Virus record (IMG/VR): IMGVR_UViG_3300037722_000781
Location: 1-56,592 of that record
Origin: a virus
Lineage: Duplodnaviria; Caudoviricetes
DNA: 56,592 nt
Reading direction: 5' to 3' (one strand)
Shown here: positions 1 to 9,409 of the stretch, one piece after another
Layout of the letters: every line of letters starts with the position of its first letter
Numbering within the stretch: position 1 is the stretch's first letter
The notes under the pieces: model-generated
What the model was told of the DNA's origin: nothing
Seen by the model: only the letters and a program-made list of their open reading frames with translations
Databases searched by the model: none
Translations under genes and position numbers: made by a program

Positions 1-2
1 AT

Positions 3-866
3 CTGTGTCCCGAGCTGCCGGCGCCGGAACGTGAAAATCATCCAGAACTGTGAGCCGTTCGTGGCCCCGACGATGTTCTGGCCACGCGACCAGTAGGTGT
101 TGCTGAGCCGCACCCAGACGGGGCTGTATTCGCCCAGCGGCGGCTCGACATCAACTTCGAGAACCTGGAAGGTCTTCACGAAGGCCGCGACTTGGCCCAG
201 GCTGTCCGTCACCTCCAGCTTGTAATCGTGGCTGGTCGCGGATGAAAAATCGAGCACGCCGGCTTTCAGAATGTCGATCGTATCGCCCGGCCCGGCATCG
301 GCTGAAACGCGCCCGCCCGCGTCTGCTTCATCGGCCACGAACTGCGCCGTGAAGGGCGGAACGCCGCCTTCGACGGTGTGGCGCGTGATGATGCTGCCGT
401 TCGCCGCGTTTTCGAGGATGGAGCCGCCCGCCTCCAGCAGGCTACTGATCGGCGAGGCGACTTCGATATCCAGCGTCACCACGGTAGACTTGCCGTTGGC
501 ATCGGTGACGCGGACGCGCACCGGATGAGTGGTGGCATTGGCGTAGACGATCAGGGTATCGTCGGCCAGCGTGATTTCGCCGGTCAGCGGGTCGACATCG
601 AAGCGACCCCCGGCGTCCTGGTCTACCTCGTCTTCCTGGTCCCAGGCATAACCGAGCGGCGCCTGTCCGCCGATGCCTTCCAGCAAGGCGGCGACCTCGG
701 CGCCGTTTGCGTGAACCTCTGAAACCAGCAGCCCGGTATATGTGAGGCTCTGTGGGCCAAGGAAAATGAGGACGCGATCTATCAGCACGTCGCGCTTCGT
801 GCTGAGACCTTCGAGCGCGGCCACGCGGGCCACAAGCGTGGCGATCTGTTCCTGGGTGACAGGCAT
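3..866 (-). CDS. Cadherin-like repeat protein, runs off the left edge (putative virion adhesin)
   Basis: Manual translation, absent from the ORF track: MPVTQEQIATLVARVAALE...GRFDVDPLTGEITL...PVRVRVTDANG...ILENAANG...LDFSSATSHDYKLEVTDSLG; two bacterial cadherin-type repeats; open to window edge. Confidence 0.75.
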   Translation of the reverse strand, partial: MPVTQEQIATLVARVAALEGLSTKRDVLIDRVLIFLGPQSLTYTGLLVSEVHANGAEVAALLEGIGGQAPLGYAWDQEDEVDQDAGGRFDVDPLTGEITLADDTLIVYANATTHPVRVRVTDANGKSTVVTLDIEVASPISSLLEAGGSILENAANGSIITRHTVEGGVPPFTAQFVADEADAGGRVSADAGPGDTIDILKAGVLDFSSATSHDYKLEVTDSLGQVAAFVKTFQVLEVDVEPPLGEYSPVWVRLSNTYWSRGQNIVGATNGSQFWMIFTFRRRQLGTQ

Positions 867-902
867 GGGGTATTCCGTTCTGTGGGGGTCAGGCGGAGGG
901 AG

Positions 903-1298
903 TCAGAGAGGCGGCGGAGGGGATGCCATGATGAAAAGCGAGCCATTCATCAGGAAGTAGAGCAGGGCCAGGCCGGCGAGGCTGAGAGCCCCGCCAAGGA
1001 GCCAGACCACACGGCCCAGAACTTGCTCCCGGTCGCTGTGGCGCTTCTCCAGCAGCTCGTCCAGCTTATCGTCGGTGGACTCGGCGTCCTTGCTGACGCG
1101 ATCGTGCAGCTTACCGATGGCAAGCGCCACTTCGGCACGGAAGTCGTGGCGCTGCCGCGTCGCCTCCCGGCGCTCTTCGGCGCAGTCGTTTTCATGCTGG
1201 GACAACCGATCATCAATCCTCTTGACTTGCTCCCGAACCATGTCGAGCGCTACACGGATGCCGTTGCCATTGGGGCGCTCGCCATCGCCCGCTCCCAT
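903..1298 (-). CDS. Coiled-coil protein with C-terminal transmembrane helix (holin/lysis-associated candidate)
   Basis: MGAGDGERP... start overlaps upstream stop (TAATG); charged coiled coil then VVWLLGGALSLAGLALLYFL. Confidence 0.6.
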   Translation of the reverse strand: MGAGDGERPNGNGIRVALDMVREQVKRIDDRLSQHENDCAEERREATRQRHDFRAEVALAIGKLHDRVSKDAESTDDKLDELLEKRHSDREQVLGRVVWLLGGALSLAGLALLYFLMNGSLFIMASPPPPL

Positions 1299-1759
1299 TA
1301 CAGCGCCTCCCATCCCTCGATGCGCTTGTCGGACAGCGCGATGGATGCGGTGACGCCCGTGCGCTCGCTGAGAAAGACCAGGGCCGGTTCCAGAAAGACT
1401 TGCTTGAGCGTCACCACACCGGCTGGCGTGCTGTAACGCTGCCCGGCGGAGAACCATTCGATGCCTTCGAGCCAGTAGCCCGTAATCTGGCTGCCAGGGA
1501 CGGAGCCGACAGGCAGGCCCTTTTTGCGGATATTGAATATGTCTACATTGATGGTGCTTATTGCCCCGTCCGGCTCGCGATCCGATCCGTTCCAGACGGC
1601 AAAAACCATCACCTCGGGCGCGACCGGCTGGCCGCGCGCCTTCATCAGGCGCTCGATGATTCGGGCTTCTTGGGGGGAGAGGTGGATTTCCTTGCCGTCC
1701 AGCAGGATCGCGCCAGTGGCCCGGCACTTCCAGGCAAGGGTTTTCTTAGATGCCGTCAT
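1298..1759 (-). CDS. OmpR/PhoB-type winged-helix DNA-binding protein without receiver domain
   Basis: GKEIHLSPQEARIIERLM...VWNG...TINVDIFNIRKK matches the Trans_reg_C pattern. Confidence 0.7.
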   Translation of the reverse strand: MTASKKTLAWKCRATGAILLDGKEIHLSPQEARIIERLMKARGQPVAPEVMVFAVWNGSDREPDGAISTINVDIFNIRKKGLPVGSVPGSQITGYWLEGIEWFSAGQRYSTPAGVVTLKQVFLEPALVFLSERTGVTASIALSDKRIEGWEAL

Positions 1760-1808
1760 GGCCCGGCACCTTCAGCGGGGTTTCCCGCCAGCCGCTGGCG
1801 CGCGTCGA

Positions 1809-2201
1809 TCACGCGCCCATCTCAGAAGCTGTCGCGGTCATGTAGACCGGCACGCCCCTCCATAGGCCGGACCAGATGTCGGCGCTAAAGCCCTTGCCGG
1901 CCGGGCGCATAATGCGGTCGAGCGTGACCGGCACGGGGACATTGACCCAGACGCAATCGCCGGCCACCGTATAGGCTTGGATACTGGCGTTGGCCTGGGC
2001 TCTTTCACCCACAGCCGTCAGCTCGGCGAACTCCATGACGGGCAGCAGATCGAAACAGAAGACCGTGGCCCGGACTTCTTGGCCCGGCTCAAAGGCCCCC
2101 GCCTGTGGCGCCGAAACCACAGGTAGAACAGCCAATAGGGCCGCGAGTGCCAAATGACACACTTTCGGCCCGTTAACCTTCATTAACGTAGGCGTTGCCA
2201 T
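1809..2201 (-). CDS. Hypothetical exported protein
   Basis: Signal-peptide-like LALAALLAVLPVVSAPQAGA; RBS GGAGG. Confidence 0.6.
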   Translation of the reverse strand: MATPTLMKVNGPKVCHLALAALLAVLPVVSAPQAGAFEPGQEVRATVFCFDLLPVMEFAELTAVGERAQANASIQAYTVAGDCVWVNVPVPVTLDRIMRPAGKGFSADIWSGLWRGVPVYMTATASEMGA

Positions 2202-2341
2202 GCTGACCCTCCCATTAGGGTTGGCGTGCCCTAGCCAGGTCTCGCGTCCGCCATAGCTACGGCGAAGGCGGATCGGGCTGGGCGGGGGCCCAGGCCTCTG
2301 CTGACGACAGAGGCTTGGGCGCCGGAGGACTGGAGGTTGCT

Positions 2342-2539
2342 ATGCTCCCAACTCAGAACATGATTTCAGCGGGCTTGCGGGTGTTCCGCGCTACCCAGCC
2401 CGCCGACGAAGCGGCCGAGAACAAGCTGGTGAGCGATATCTGGCTCGCCATGGAGGCCACCAGACAGGCCGCTCGGGCTAACCCATCGCCAGAGCAGCGT
2501 GAGGATGCTACAGCCTTCAAGGCGGCGCTGGACGGCTAG
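2342..2539 (+). CDS. Small hypothetical protein, counter-oriented (moron-like)
   Basis: GGAGG RBS, 65 aa ORF. Confidence 0.5.
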   Translation: MLPTQNMISAGLRVFRATQPADEAAENKLVSDIWLAMEATRQAARANPSPEQREDATAFKAALDG

Positions 2540-2829
2540 CGCGATTGGCGCAGACGTTCCTTGGCCGCGTCGATGTCGCCGTTGACGATCACGGCCTTGT
2601 CTTTCAGGGCCTCCAGAAGCACTTCGGTTTCGCTGGGCTCTTTGACCTGCTGGGCAAGGTGGGCCTCATATTCGGCCATGATGGCGGCCTGCCGGGCCTT
2701 GTCCGGCGCCGGGCCAAGGGTCTTCTCGGGCCAGCCGGTCAGCTCCATTTCGCCGGTCTCCAGGTTCTCTTTCGTGCGGATGCCGGGCTCGTGGTTGAAC
2801 TTCCAGCCCAGGGCCATGGCGAGGCTCAT
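2536..2829 (-). CDS. Tail-fibre chaperone/assembly-like protein
   Basis: Directly downstream of and coupled to the tail fibre gene; WP...P motif then helix. Confidence 0.5.
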   Translation of the reverse strand: MSLAMALGWKFNHEPGIRTKENLETGEMELTGWPEKTLGPAPDKARQAAIMAEYEAHLAQQVKEPSETEVLLEALKDKAVIVNGDIDAAKERLRQSR

Positions 2830-3926
2830 CACAGAATCTCCCGGACGGTGATTGTGGACTTGGGGATGCCGCCGAACAGCCGCGCCCCGCCGGAGCCGTT
2901 GAAGGTGGTCGTGCCAGCAGTTGAGTTGCCCGCATGCACCTTGAAGGTGATCTCGCTGGTGCCAGGGGAAGGCATGCTGTGCTTGAAGGACAGCCGCATC
3001 GCGCTACCGCTGCCCGCGTTCTGCACTGAGGCGGCATGAAGTGCTGCCGCCACCGCGTCTTGAAACAGAGCGGCGATCATCTGCCCGCCGCCCGCGCTGC
3101 TGGCCAACTGCAGGCTCACATCGATTTCGAGCGTGCTGGTCGAATAGTATGGCGTGAAGGCGAACTCTATGTACGGGTCGCCTTCGTCGTTCTGTGGCGT
3201 CGTGTCATCGAAAACCATCAGGGTAGTGCCGGTGTCGACCGCGATAAAGGGCTGGCTCCGCTCCTGCACTACCAGGGCATTGTCGGCGTCGCGGAAGCGG
3301 AACACCTCGGTTGCGCCGAACATAAGCGCGATATAGGATGTGCCCGCGTTGTAGAAGGCCTTCAATGAGGCGTAGTTGGCTTCCGAGGCAGAGCCGAAGT
3401 TGATCGTCGCCTCGTCGGCATCGGGGTGCAGGAACGACATGCCAACGTCGGCGTCGTCCTCGATCGTCAGGTGATCCGCACCCGCCGGGGCCGCTATGGC
3501 ACCAGCCGAGCCCATGAAGATGTGCAGCGGCCCGTCCGGCGTGCTGGTCGTGTCGCCGACCAGCAGCGGGTTGTCCATATTGATCTTCGTATCCGAGACG
3601 ACCAGCCGTTCGGAGGTCGCTGTATCGGTAATGCCCGACGAAGCACTGGCCAGATCGACGCCCGAAACCGGGTCGGCGGTCCAGATCGTCACGTCGCCGG
3701 CATCTTTCAGGACCAGCTTGTAATTCTCGCCGTCGAGATAGACCACATCGAAGCGCCCCGCCGCGTCCGCCACGATGGGATTGGCATGCGGCGTCGTCAG
3801 GGTCTCTTCCGAATAGGTCGCCTTGGGCGTCGAAGTACCGGACTCGTAGCTGTAGAGCAGCGCACCCGAGATAGGGTCGCCGTTGCTGTCGAGCGCCGTC
3901 AGGACCGGCTGGGTGAGCAGGGGCAT
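2829..3926 (-). CDS. Tail fibre/tailspike with podovirus N-terminal virion-binding domain
   Basis: DSNGDPISGALLYSYESGTSTPKATY...NPIVADAAGR...YKLVLKD head-binding-type N-terminus; beta-rich C-terminus ending STITVREI. Confidence 0.85.
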   Translation of the reverse strand: MPLLTQPVLTALDSNGDPISGALLYSYESGTSTPKATYSEETLTTPHANPIVADAAGRFDVVYLDGENYKLVLKDAGDVTIWTADPVSGVDLASASSGITDTATSERLVVSDTKINMDNPLLVGDTTSTPDGPLHIFMGSAGAIAAPAGADHLTIEDDADVGMSFLHPDADEATINFGSASEANYASLKAFYNAGTSYIALMFGATEVFRFRDADNALVVQERSQPFIAVDTGTTLMVFDDTTPQNDEGDPYIEFAFTPYYSTSTLEIDVSLQLASSAGGGQMIAALFQDAVAAALHAASVQNAGSGSAMRLSFKHSMPSPGTSEITFKVHAGNSTAGTTTFNGSGGARLFGGIPKSTITVREIL

Positions 3927-4013
3927 CGAGGCAAACCCTTGGTTGGGAAGGGGCGAAACGGGCCGGCGAAATTCCGGTTGCAAGCAGGCCCCCAACAGCC
4001 CCACATTTGGGGC

Positions 4014-4328
4014 ATGCTGAGAACAGCCATCGTGGCGGCGGCCCTGCTGCTGGCCGCCTGTGAGATAGACAGCGGTATCGACTATGCCGCCGAAGCCAGG
4101 GCCGATGACGCGCTCTGCCAGTCCTGGGGCCTGCAATACGGCAGCGACGATTACGGGCTCTGCCGCATGCAGCTAAGCTCTGACCGGGAAGCCCGCTATC
4201 GGGCGGCTCTCGGGGCCTGGGGCGCCATGAGCGGGTTTCAGACGCCAACCCTGCAGCCGCGCCGCACCCTGCCCAGGCAAACCCACTGCGCCGTGGTGGG
4301 CGACTGGCTCAACTGCACGAGCTATTGA
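4014..4328 (+). CDS. Lipoprotein (moron-like)
   Basis: Lipobox LLAAC; counter-oriented between ejection genes and tail fibre. Confidence 0.7.
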   Translation: MLRTAIVAAALLLAACEIDSGIDYAAEARADDALCQSWGLQYGSDDYGLCRMQLSSDREARYRAALGAWGAMSGFQTPTLQPRRTLPRQTHCAVVGDWLNCTSY

Positions 4329-4360
4329 TCACCAGCCCTCCAGGGACGTAAAATCCGGCC

Positions 4361-4600
4361 ATGGACGGCTCTGTCGGCGACTTCTTCCGCACCATGGGCG
4401 CCGTGCTGGCGGCCAACCTGCTGACCGTCCTGTTCATCTATGCCCTCACCCAATACGGCAAGCTTGAGCGGGCCGGGCAGGAACGCCAGCCGGGGGCAGG
4501 ACAGCACATCGGGACCGTCCTGCTGGTGCTGGGGTTTCTCTTTGCAGGCCTCTATGCGGCCGGCTTCTTCGACGGCGCGCTGGCCCGCTTCACTGAGTAG
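4361..4600 (+). CDS. Two-TM membrane protein (superinfection-exclusion-like position)
   Basis: Two hydrophobic helices; own promoter TTGATC-N18-TAAAAT ending 6 nt before ATG (leaderless). Confidence 0.7.
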   Translation: MDGSVGDFFRTMGAVLAANLLTVLFIYALTQYGKLERAGQERQPGAGQHIGTVLLVLGFLFAGLYAAGFFDGALARFTE

Positions 4601-6689
4601 CTTCGCGCGTCGTCTGCTGCGCAGCGCCCACCGCGACCGGGATATCGAGCGACCGCAGAGCCTCCATCATGCGCTTGGAGCGCACGACATGCTGGACGGC
4701 CTTCTGCATCGTTTCCGGGTTGCCGCTCACCAGTTTCTCGGCCACGCTCTGCGCCACTCTCTGATCGATCTTGCGGCGCGCGAAGGCCCCCGCGACACTG
4801 GCGATCGCGATGGCCTGCCAGCCGATATCCTGGCCCGTGAAGGCCTGGATCCCCGCCACGCCGCCACCGGCCATGCCACCAGCCAAGCCTAGTTCAAACA
4901 GTTGCCGCGCCGTGGTGCTGTTGCCTTGGACGGCCGAGCGCGCCCGGTCCATCAAGGACTCCACGCGCAAGAAGCCCTCCAGCTCCTTGGCCTTCTCGGC
5001 CCCCACGGCAAGCCCGATCTTCTGCCGTGCCTGAGGCGAGCCATAGATGGCCGAGACGACATTGCGGTTGTCGCTGATCCGGCTGATGCGCTCCAGCAGG
5101 CCCGTCACAAAGCCTTCCTCGAAAAGCTTCTTTTCCGCCGGGCTCATCTTTTTCAGGGCCGCAGCCGCTTCGGCTGGTGCCATGGTGCTGGAGATAAAGG
5201 TGTCACCTGCCTCCAGGGCATCCTGGGCACCAAAGAAACGCGCCGCTCCCGCGCGGGCCTCGGCATAGGACGGCACGACGCTGTCCAGTTCAGCAACCAA
5301 TTGGTTCTTGAGGTCGCGGGCGTCGGCTGCCGCGCTCTTACGCCCGGCCCGGTCCAGGGTCGCGATCTGATCGTCCAGGTTGCGCTTGACGTGATCCCAG
5401 AACTGCAGGCTCGGCAAAGCCCTGGAGCCGTCCGGCTGAACCGCCGGAATGAGCTTTTCGTCCTTCGTTACGAAGGGATTCTTGACCGGCTTGAAGCCAT
5501 CGGCCGCCGCCCGGTTGGCGCCCGTCCGGGTTGCCCGGCGGATCGCCGCCTGGACGTCCGGTGCTTGGCTGATCTGCTCCAGGGTGTCGCTCCAGACGGC
5601 CTCGCCCTCCTGGTAGGCTTTCGCGTAAGCCGGCTTGTTGGCCTTCCGGGCCGCCGCCTGCAGGGCCTCTCGCGTGCTTAGCTCGCCCCCAGCCGTAACC
5701 CGGTGGCCAAGGAAGCCTTTCAGGAAGCCCCCGATGCGCTCGCCCTGCCCGGCGTAGCGCTCGCTGATGGCACTGGTCAGGGTTTGCCGGCCCTCCGGCG
5801 AGGTATTGGCCGCCGAACGGGCTAGAGCCCTGGTGGTCTCCCCGCCCCGGTCGATGTTCATGACCGGCTGGCCGCGCGCCTGCGCCGCCGTGGCCTCGGC
5901 CTCGCTCAAGGCCGGCTGTGGCAAGCGCTGATCCCGCTCCAGGGCAATCCTGACACGGCGCTGCGCTTCTGCTTCCGGGTTGACCGCACCACGAAATGGC
6001 GTAGTCGCCTTGCCCAGCAGGGCCTTGCCGCCCCTGACCGCTGCTGCCGTCCCGGTGATGGCCGCCGGCACCGCAGCGCCCGTCACGCCACCCACCGCCG
6101 CGCCAGTCACGGCGCTTTTCAGGCGGTCCTCCATCCCTTCGCCGGAGCCGAAGCCATAGACCGTGCCATAGCCCGCGCCCGCCTTGGCACCCTGGACGGC
6201 GCGCCGCACCAAGGAAGTCCCCTCGGCCACCTTGGGCAGAAGGCCGGCCCCGGCCAGCGCCATGCCGCCGCCCACCTCGCCGGCTATCCGCAGGGACGGG
6301 TCGATCGATTCATCCCGCGCCCGTTCGGCCGCCAGCCGCTCGCTATAGGTGCCCTCGCCCTGCCCGCCCACTCCGGTCACACGGGAAGCGGCGGCCGCGA
6401 ACTCATCGGCCAAGGTGCCGGTCATGCCGCTGGCCAGCGAGCGCACCAGATCGTCCACCGTCGATTTCGAGGCCTGGAACTTCAGATACTCGGGCGTCGC
6501 CGGGCCGGTTTCCTGCTGCACCGGCTCACGCTCCAGCAACAGGTCCGTATAGGAGCCCCGTGGGGCGGCTTGGGAAGGCGCCTGAGTGGCGTCGGGCTGC
6601 GGAGGGGCGCCGGGCACCCCTTGCCCCACAGGCCCGCCCTGAGGCGCTACGGGCGCGCTCTCTAGCAATAGATCGGTGTACTGGCCCAT
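4590..6689 (-). CDS. DNA ejection/internal virion protein (P22 gp16-position)
   Basis: 699 aa Ala/Gly-rich helical protein with GNSTTARQ motif; last of three ejection-type genes. Confidence 0.75.
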   Translation of the reverse strand: MGQYTDLLLESAPVAPQGGPVGQGVPGAPPQPDATQAPSQAAPRGSYTDLLLEREPVQQETGPATPEYLKFQASKSTVDDLVRSLASGMTGTLADEFAAAASRVTGVGGQGEGTYSERLAAERARDESIDPSLRIAGEVGGGMALAGAGLLPKVAEGTSLVRRAVQGAKAGAGYGTVYGFGSGEGMEDRLKSAVTGAAVGGVTGAAVPAAITGTAAAVRGGKALLGKATTPFRGAVNPEAEAQRRVRIALERDQRLPQPALSEAEATAAQARGQPVMNIDRGGETTRALARSAANTSPEGRQTLTSAISERYAGQGERIGGFLKGFLGHRVTAGGELSTREALQAAARKANKPAYAKAYQEGEAVWSDTLEQISQAPDVQAAIRRATRTGANRAAADGFKPVKNPFVTKDEKLIPAVQPDGSRALPSLQFWDHVKRNLDDQIATLDRAGRKSAAADARDLKNQLVAELDSVVPSYAEARAGAARFFGAQDALEAGDTFISSTMAPAEAAAALKKMSPAEKKLFEEGFVTGLLERISRISDNRNVVSAIYGSPQARQKIGLAVGAEKAKELEGFLRVESLMDRARSAVQGNSTTARQLFELGLAGGMAGGGVAGIQAFTGQDIGWQAIAIASVAGAFARRKIDQRVAQSVAEKLVSGNPETMQKAVQHVVRSKRMMEALRSLDIPVAVGAAQQTTREATQ

Positions 6690-6733
6690 TTGCCTGCCAA
6701 TATTTCACGTGAAATGGGTACGGGAGACCGACA

Positions 6734-8473
6734 TTAGCGAGCCGCCGGGACTGAAAAGTACCGATCCCCGCGTTTCACCACTTCAAACCCCCGCGCCACC
6801 TCGGCTTCAACGGCCTTGCTCCATGTCGGGTGACTGTGCCCTTTAAGCAGGATGTAACTTTCAGCAGGCAGGCCATAGCGCCGCTGCTCTTCTGGTGTCG
6901 TCTCGGCGACAGAGCCCATGTGCCCCTGGTTCTCTCCCGCCTCCGGGCCGGCTGGCGTCATGCCGGCGGCACGCGCTCGGGTGTCGTCGTAATTGGCCCC
7001 CTCTGGGTCAAAAGGGGCGCCCGAGCGGCTACCCCCGGAGCCGCTGATAGAGCCGCCGCCGGAGTTGCCGCCGCCGCCTTCACCACCGCCCATCCCGAAC
7101 ACGGCCTGCAGCCGGGCCTTGACTTCGGCCCGCACGGCGGCGTCGTCCAACTCGGGGCTGGCCGCGCGCACCTGCTGCTCGATCTGCGCCCCCTGCTGTT
7201 CGATGACCTCCGGCATAGTCTCTAGCGGCGTCTGGGCCGCATAGGACATGGGATCGAGGCCCTGCTTGAGCGCGAAGCTGTGACGCGCGGCGGCGAACGT
7301 GAGTTGTTTCGTCACATCGTCCATCTTGGACTTAAACTCAGTCGGGCTATCGCCGTCGAATACGCCCTCGCCAGCATCGGGGGCCGCCTTGCGGATACGA
7401 TTGGCCTCGGCCTCGCTCATCTGAGCGCCCGTGATTTCCTTGATGTAAGTATTGATGTTTTCGATGGCGAGACGCTGAAAAGTCGAAAAGTCGGAAAGGA
7501 CCGCTTCGTCACTTTCGGACAGCTTAAACCCAAGTTTCTCCTTCCCGGCAGCCCAAGCAGTATTGAGCCGGGTGCCAATCTCTAGATATTCCGGCTTGAA
7601 CGACGCGCGAATTTGGTGAATTCTGGCAAGACCCTCCGCCGCATTGATTTGTTTCTGCTGCAGATTGGTCTTGGTCGTGGGCGTCAGGTCGCCCGCCCCC
7701 GCCGCGCCCACGGAGCCGGTCACGAGCGTGAATCCGCCCTGCCCGTCGCTCTGCAGCTTGAGCCCGGTCGGGATCGGCTGCAGGGTGCCGCCCGAAGCCT
7801 GAATCTCGGCCTCGGTGGCGAACTGGAGCTGGTTCGTCTCGCTGTTGAACGCGCCCTTGGTTGTGACCTTCTCGGGCTTGTCCGGCTTGAAGCGCGGCCC
7901 GCCGCCGATCCGCTGCCAACCCTGGGCGGTCAGCTCTTCCTGCACTTCCTGGTCGCCCAGCGTGCGGGTCCGCGTCGGGGCCGCCTTGGGCTGGAACAGG
8001 TCCGGCACCTCACCGCCCAGGGCCGCGATCTCGGCTCGGGCCTCGGCCAGGAAGGCGTCGGAATAGTCGGGCGGGAAAGCAGCTCCGGGAGCGGCTTCCT
8101 GCAGGGCCGGCAAGCTGCGTTGATAGAGCGTGGAACGCTGCTCGGGCGATGCCATTTCCAGGGTCTCGATGATACCCGAGACGACGCCCGCCTTCTGCTT
8201 GGCCACATCCATGTCATACTGCTGCTGGCCCTGGCGGAATTTCTGCGCCCCCATGGCCTGCTCGGGCGCATAGCCGTAAATTCGCGCCAGCGCATTTTCA
8301 TCGCCCTGCACGGCCGCTGGCAAGTCCTGGCCCAGACGCCGTTGGGATTCCATCTTCTGGCGCATCAGGGCGTTCTCCATGCCCTGCCGTTCCTCGGCCT
8401 TCTGCTGGGCACGGATGGTCAGTGCGTTGTTGACCACGCGCCCGATGTTCGGCTGGTAAACCTGCTGCACCAT
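6734..8473 (-). CDS. DNA ejection protein (gp20-position) with appended C-terminal domain
   Basis: 579 aa Gln-rich helical protein, TGAQMSEAEA motif, Gly linker near C-terminus. Confidence 0.7.
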   Translation of the reverse strand: MVQQVYQPNIGRVVNNALTIRAQQKAEERQGMENALMRQKMESQRRLGQDLPAAVQGDENALARIYGYAPEQAMGAQKFRQGQQQYDMDVAKQKAGVVSGIIETLEMASPEQRSTLYQRSLPALQEAAPGAAFPPDYSDAFLAEARAEIAALGGEVPDLFQPKAAPTRTRTLGDQEVQEELTAQGWQRIGGGPRFKPDKPEKVTTKGAFNSETNQLQFATEAEIQASGGTLQPIPTGLKLQSDGQGGFTLVTGSVGAAGAGDLTPTTKTNLQQKQINAAEGLARIHQIRASFKPEYLEIGTRLNTAWAAGKEKLGFKLSESDEAVLSDFSTFQRLAIENINTYIKEITGAQMSEAEANRIRKAAPDAGEGVFDGDSPTEFKSKMDDVTKQLTFAAARHSFALKQGLDPMSYAAQTPLETMPEVIEQQGAQIEQQVRAASPELDDAAVRAEVKARLQAVFGMGGGEGGGGNSGGGSISGSGGSRSGAPFDPEGANYDDTRARAAGMTPAGPEAGENQGHMGSVAETTPEEQRRYGLPAESYILLKGHSHPTWSKAVEAEVARGFEVVKRGDRYFSVPAAR

Positions 8474-8476
8474 CGC

Positions 8477-9163
8477 TCAGCTCCAGTAGCCGCGGCCGAA
8501 ATAGGCTTCGTCGTTCTGTGTCGGCCGGCGCAGGGCGTTTTCCAGGATCATGGCATTCAGCGCGTTCTCCACCCCGGCGTTGACCGAAGAGGCCGCGCCC
8601 GTGAAACCCTCGCCCGTCGCCTGCCCGGCGGCCATGATCGGCGCCATGCCGGTTCCGGTAGAGCCCAGCACGTTGGAGCCCAGCGTCGATTCCAGCCCGG
8701 CCGAGCGCGAGGCCGCATCCAGGCCGAATCCCGCCAGTTGCGCGAGGCGATTCTGATAGTTGCCGAACTCGCTTGAAGCCAGGCCCTCGCCATAGCGCTG
8801 CACGGCCTTGATCTGTGGGCCGGACAGCGTGCGGCCACGGGCCGAAGCGGAACGATCCAGCGCCTTGATGCCCTCACCCAGGCGGAACTGATAGCCAGGC
8901 GTCTCGGTAAAGCCCGCGAAGTCGCCCCTGGTCGTGGCCGCGAGCCGGTTATAGGCCTCGGTGCCGGGCTCCAGAAAGGGCTTCAGATAGGACAGGCCGC
9001 GCTTGGTCGCGCCCCTGGCCTCCAGCAGGTTGACATCATAGAGCCCGCCGGCCCGCTCGGCCGCCTCACGCTCGGCCGCGGCAGCCTGCGAAGAAGCATA
9101 AATACCCGCACCGGCGCTGATAGCCGAGGACGCCAGCAGGGCCGCGCCTAGTCCGATAGCCAT
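8477..9163 (-). CDS. DNA transfer protein (P22 gp7-like)
   Basis: Gly/Ala hydrophobic N-terminus; TPGYQFRLGEG...RSASARG...SG...YGEGLASSEF motif. Confidence 0.85.
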   Translation of the reverse strand: MAIGLGAALLASSAISAGAGIYASSQAAAAEREAAERAGGLYDVNLLEARGATKRGLSYLKPFLEPGTEAYNRLAATTRGDFAGFTETPGYQFRLGEGIKALDRSASARGRTLSGPQIKAVQRYGEGLASSEFGNYQNRLAQLAGFGLDAASRSAGLESTLGSNVLGSTGTGMAPIMAAGQATGEGFTGAASSVNAGVENALNAMILENALRRPTQNDEAYFGRGYWS

Positions 9164-9409
9164 CTAGCTTACCTCCATCACCCCGGCGTCCCGGAGCCCT
9201 TGCAGCAATGCGTTGAAATCCGCCTGAGCGGTACTGTCAGCCCAACCCGTCGCATCCGCCTGTGCGGGCATTTTCAGCACCCCACCGGCCCGGTTCTGGC
9301 GCGCCCCTGTCAGCCGGCCGATGATCTCGCTCCAGAACAGGTGGGCCTCCTGGTCGAAGGCCTCGCCGCGCTGTATTGTCTGCGGAATCTCCAGGCTGCG
9401 GTTAGCCAC
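9164..9409 (-). CDS. Tail needle/plug-position protein with head-fibre-type trimer motif
   Basis: C-terminal DFNALLQGLRDAGVM; lies downstream of the gp10-like gene. Confidence 0.55.
   Translation of the reverse strand: MANRSLEIPQTIQRGEAFDQEAHLFWSEIIGRLTGARQNRAGGVLKMPAQADATGWADSTAQADFNALLQGLRDAGVMEVS

Noticed and set aside
2829-3926. Diversity-generating retroelement or invertible tail-fibre system
   Set aside because: No reverse transcriptase, invertase or template/variable repeat pair seen in the window
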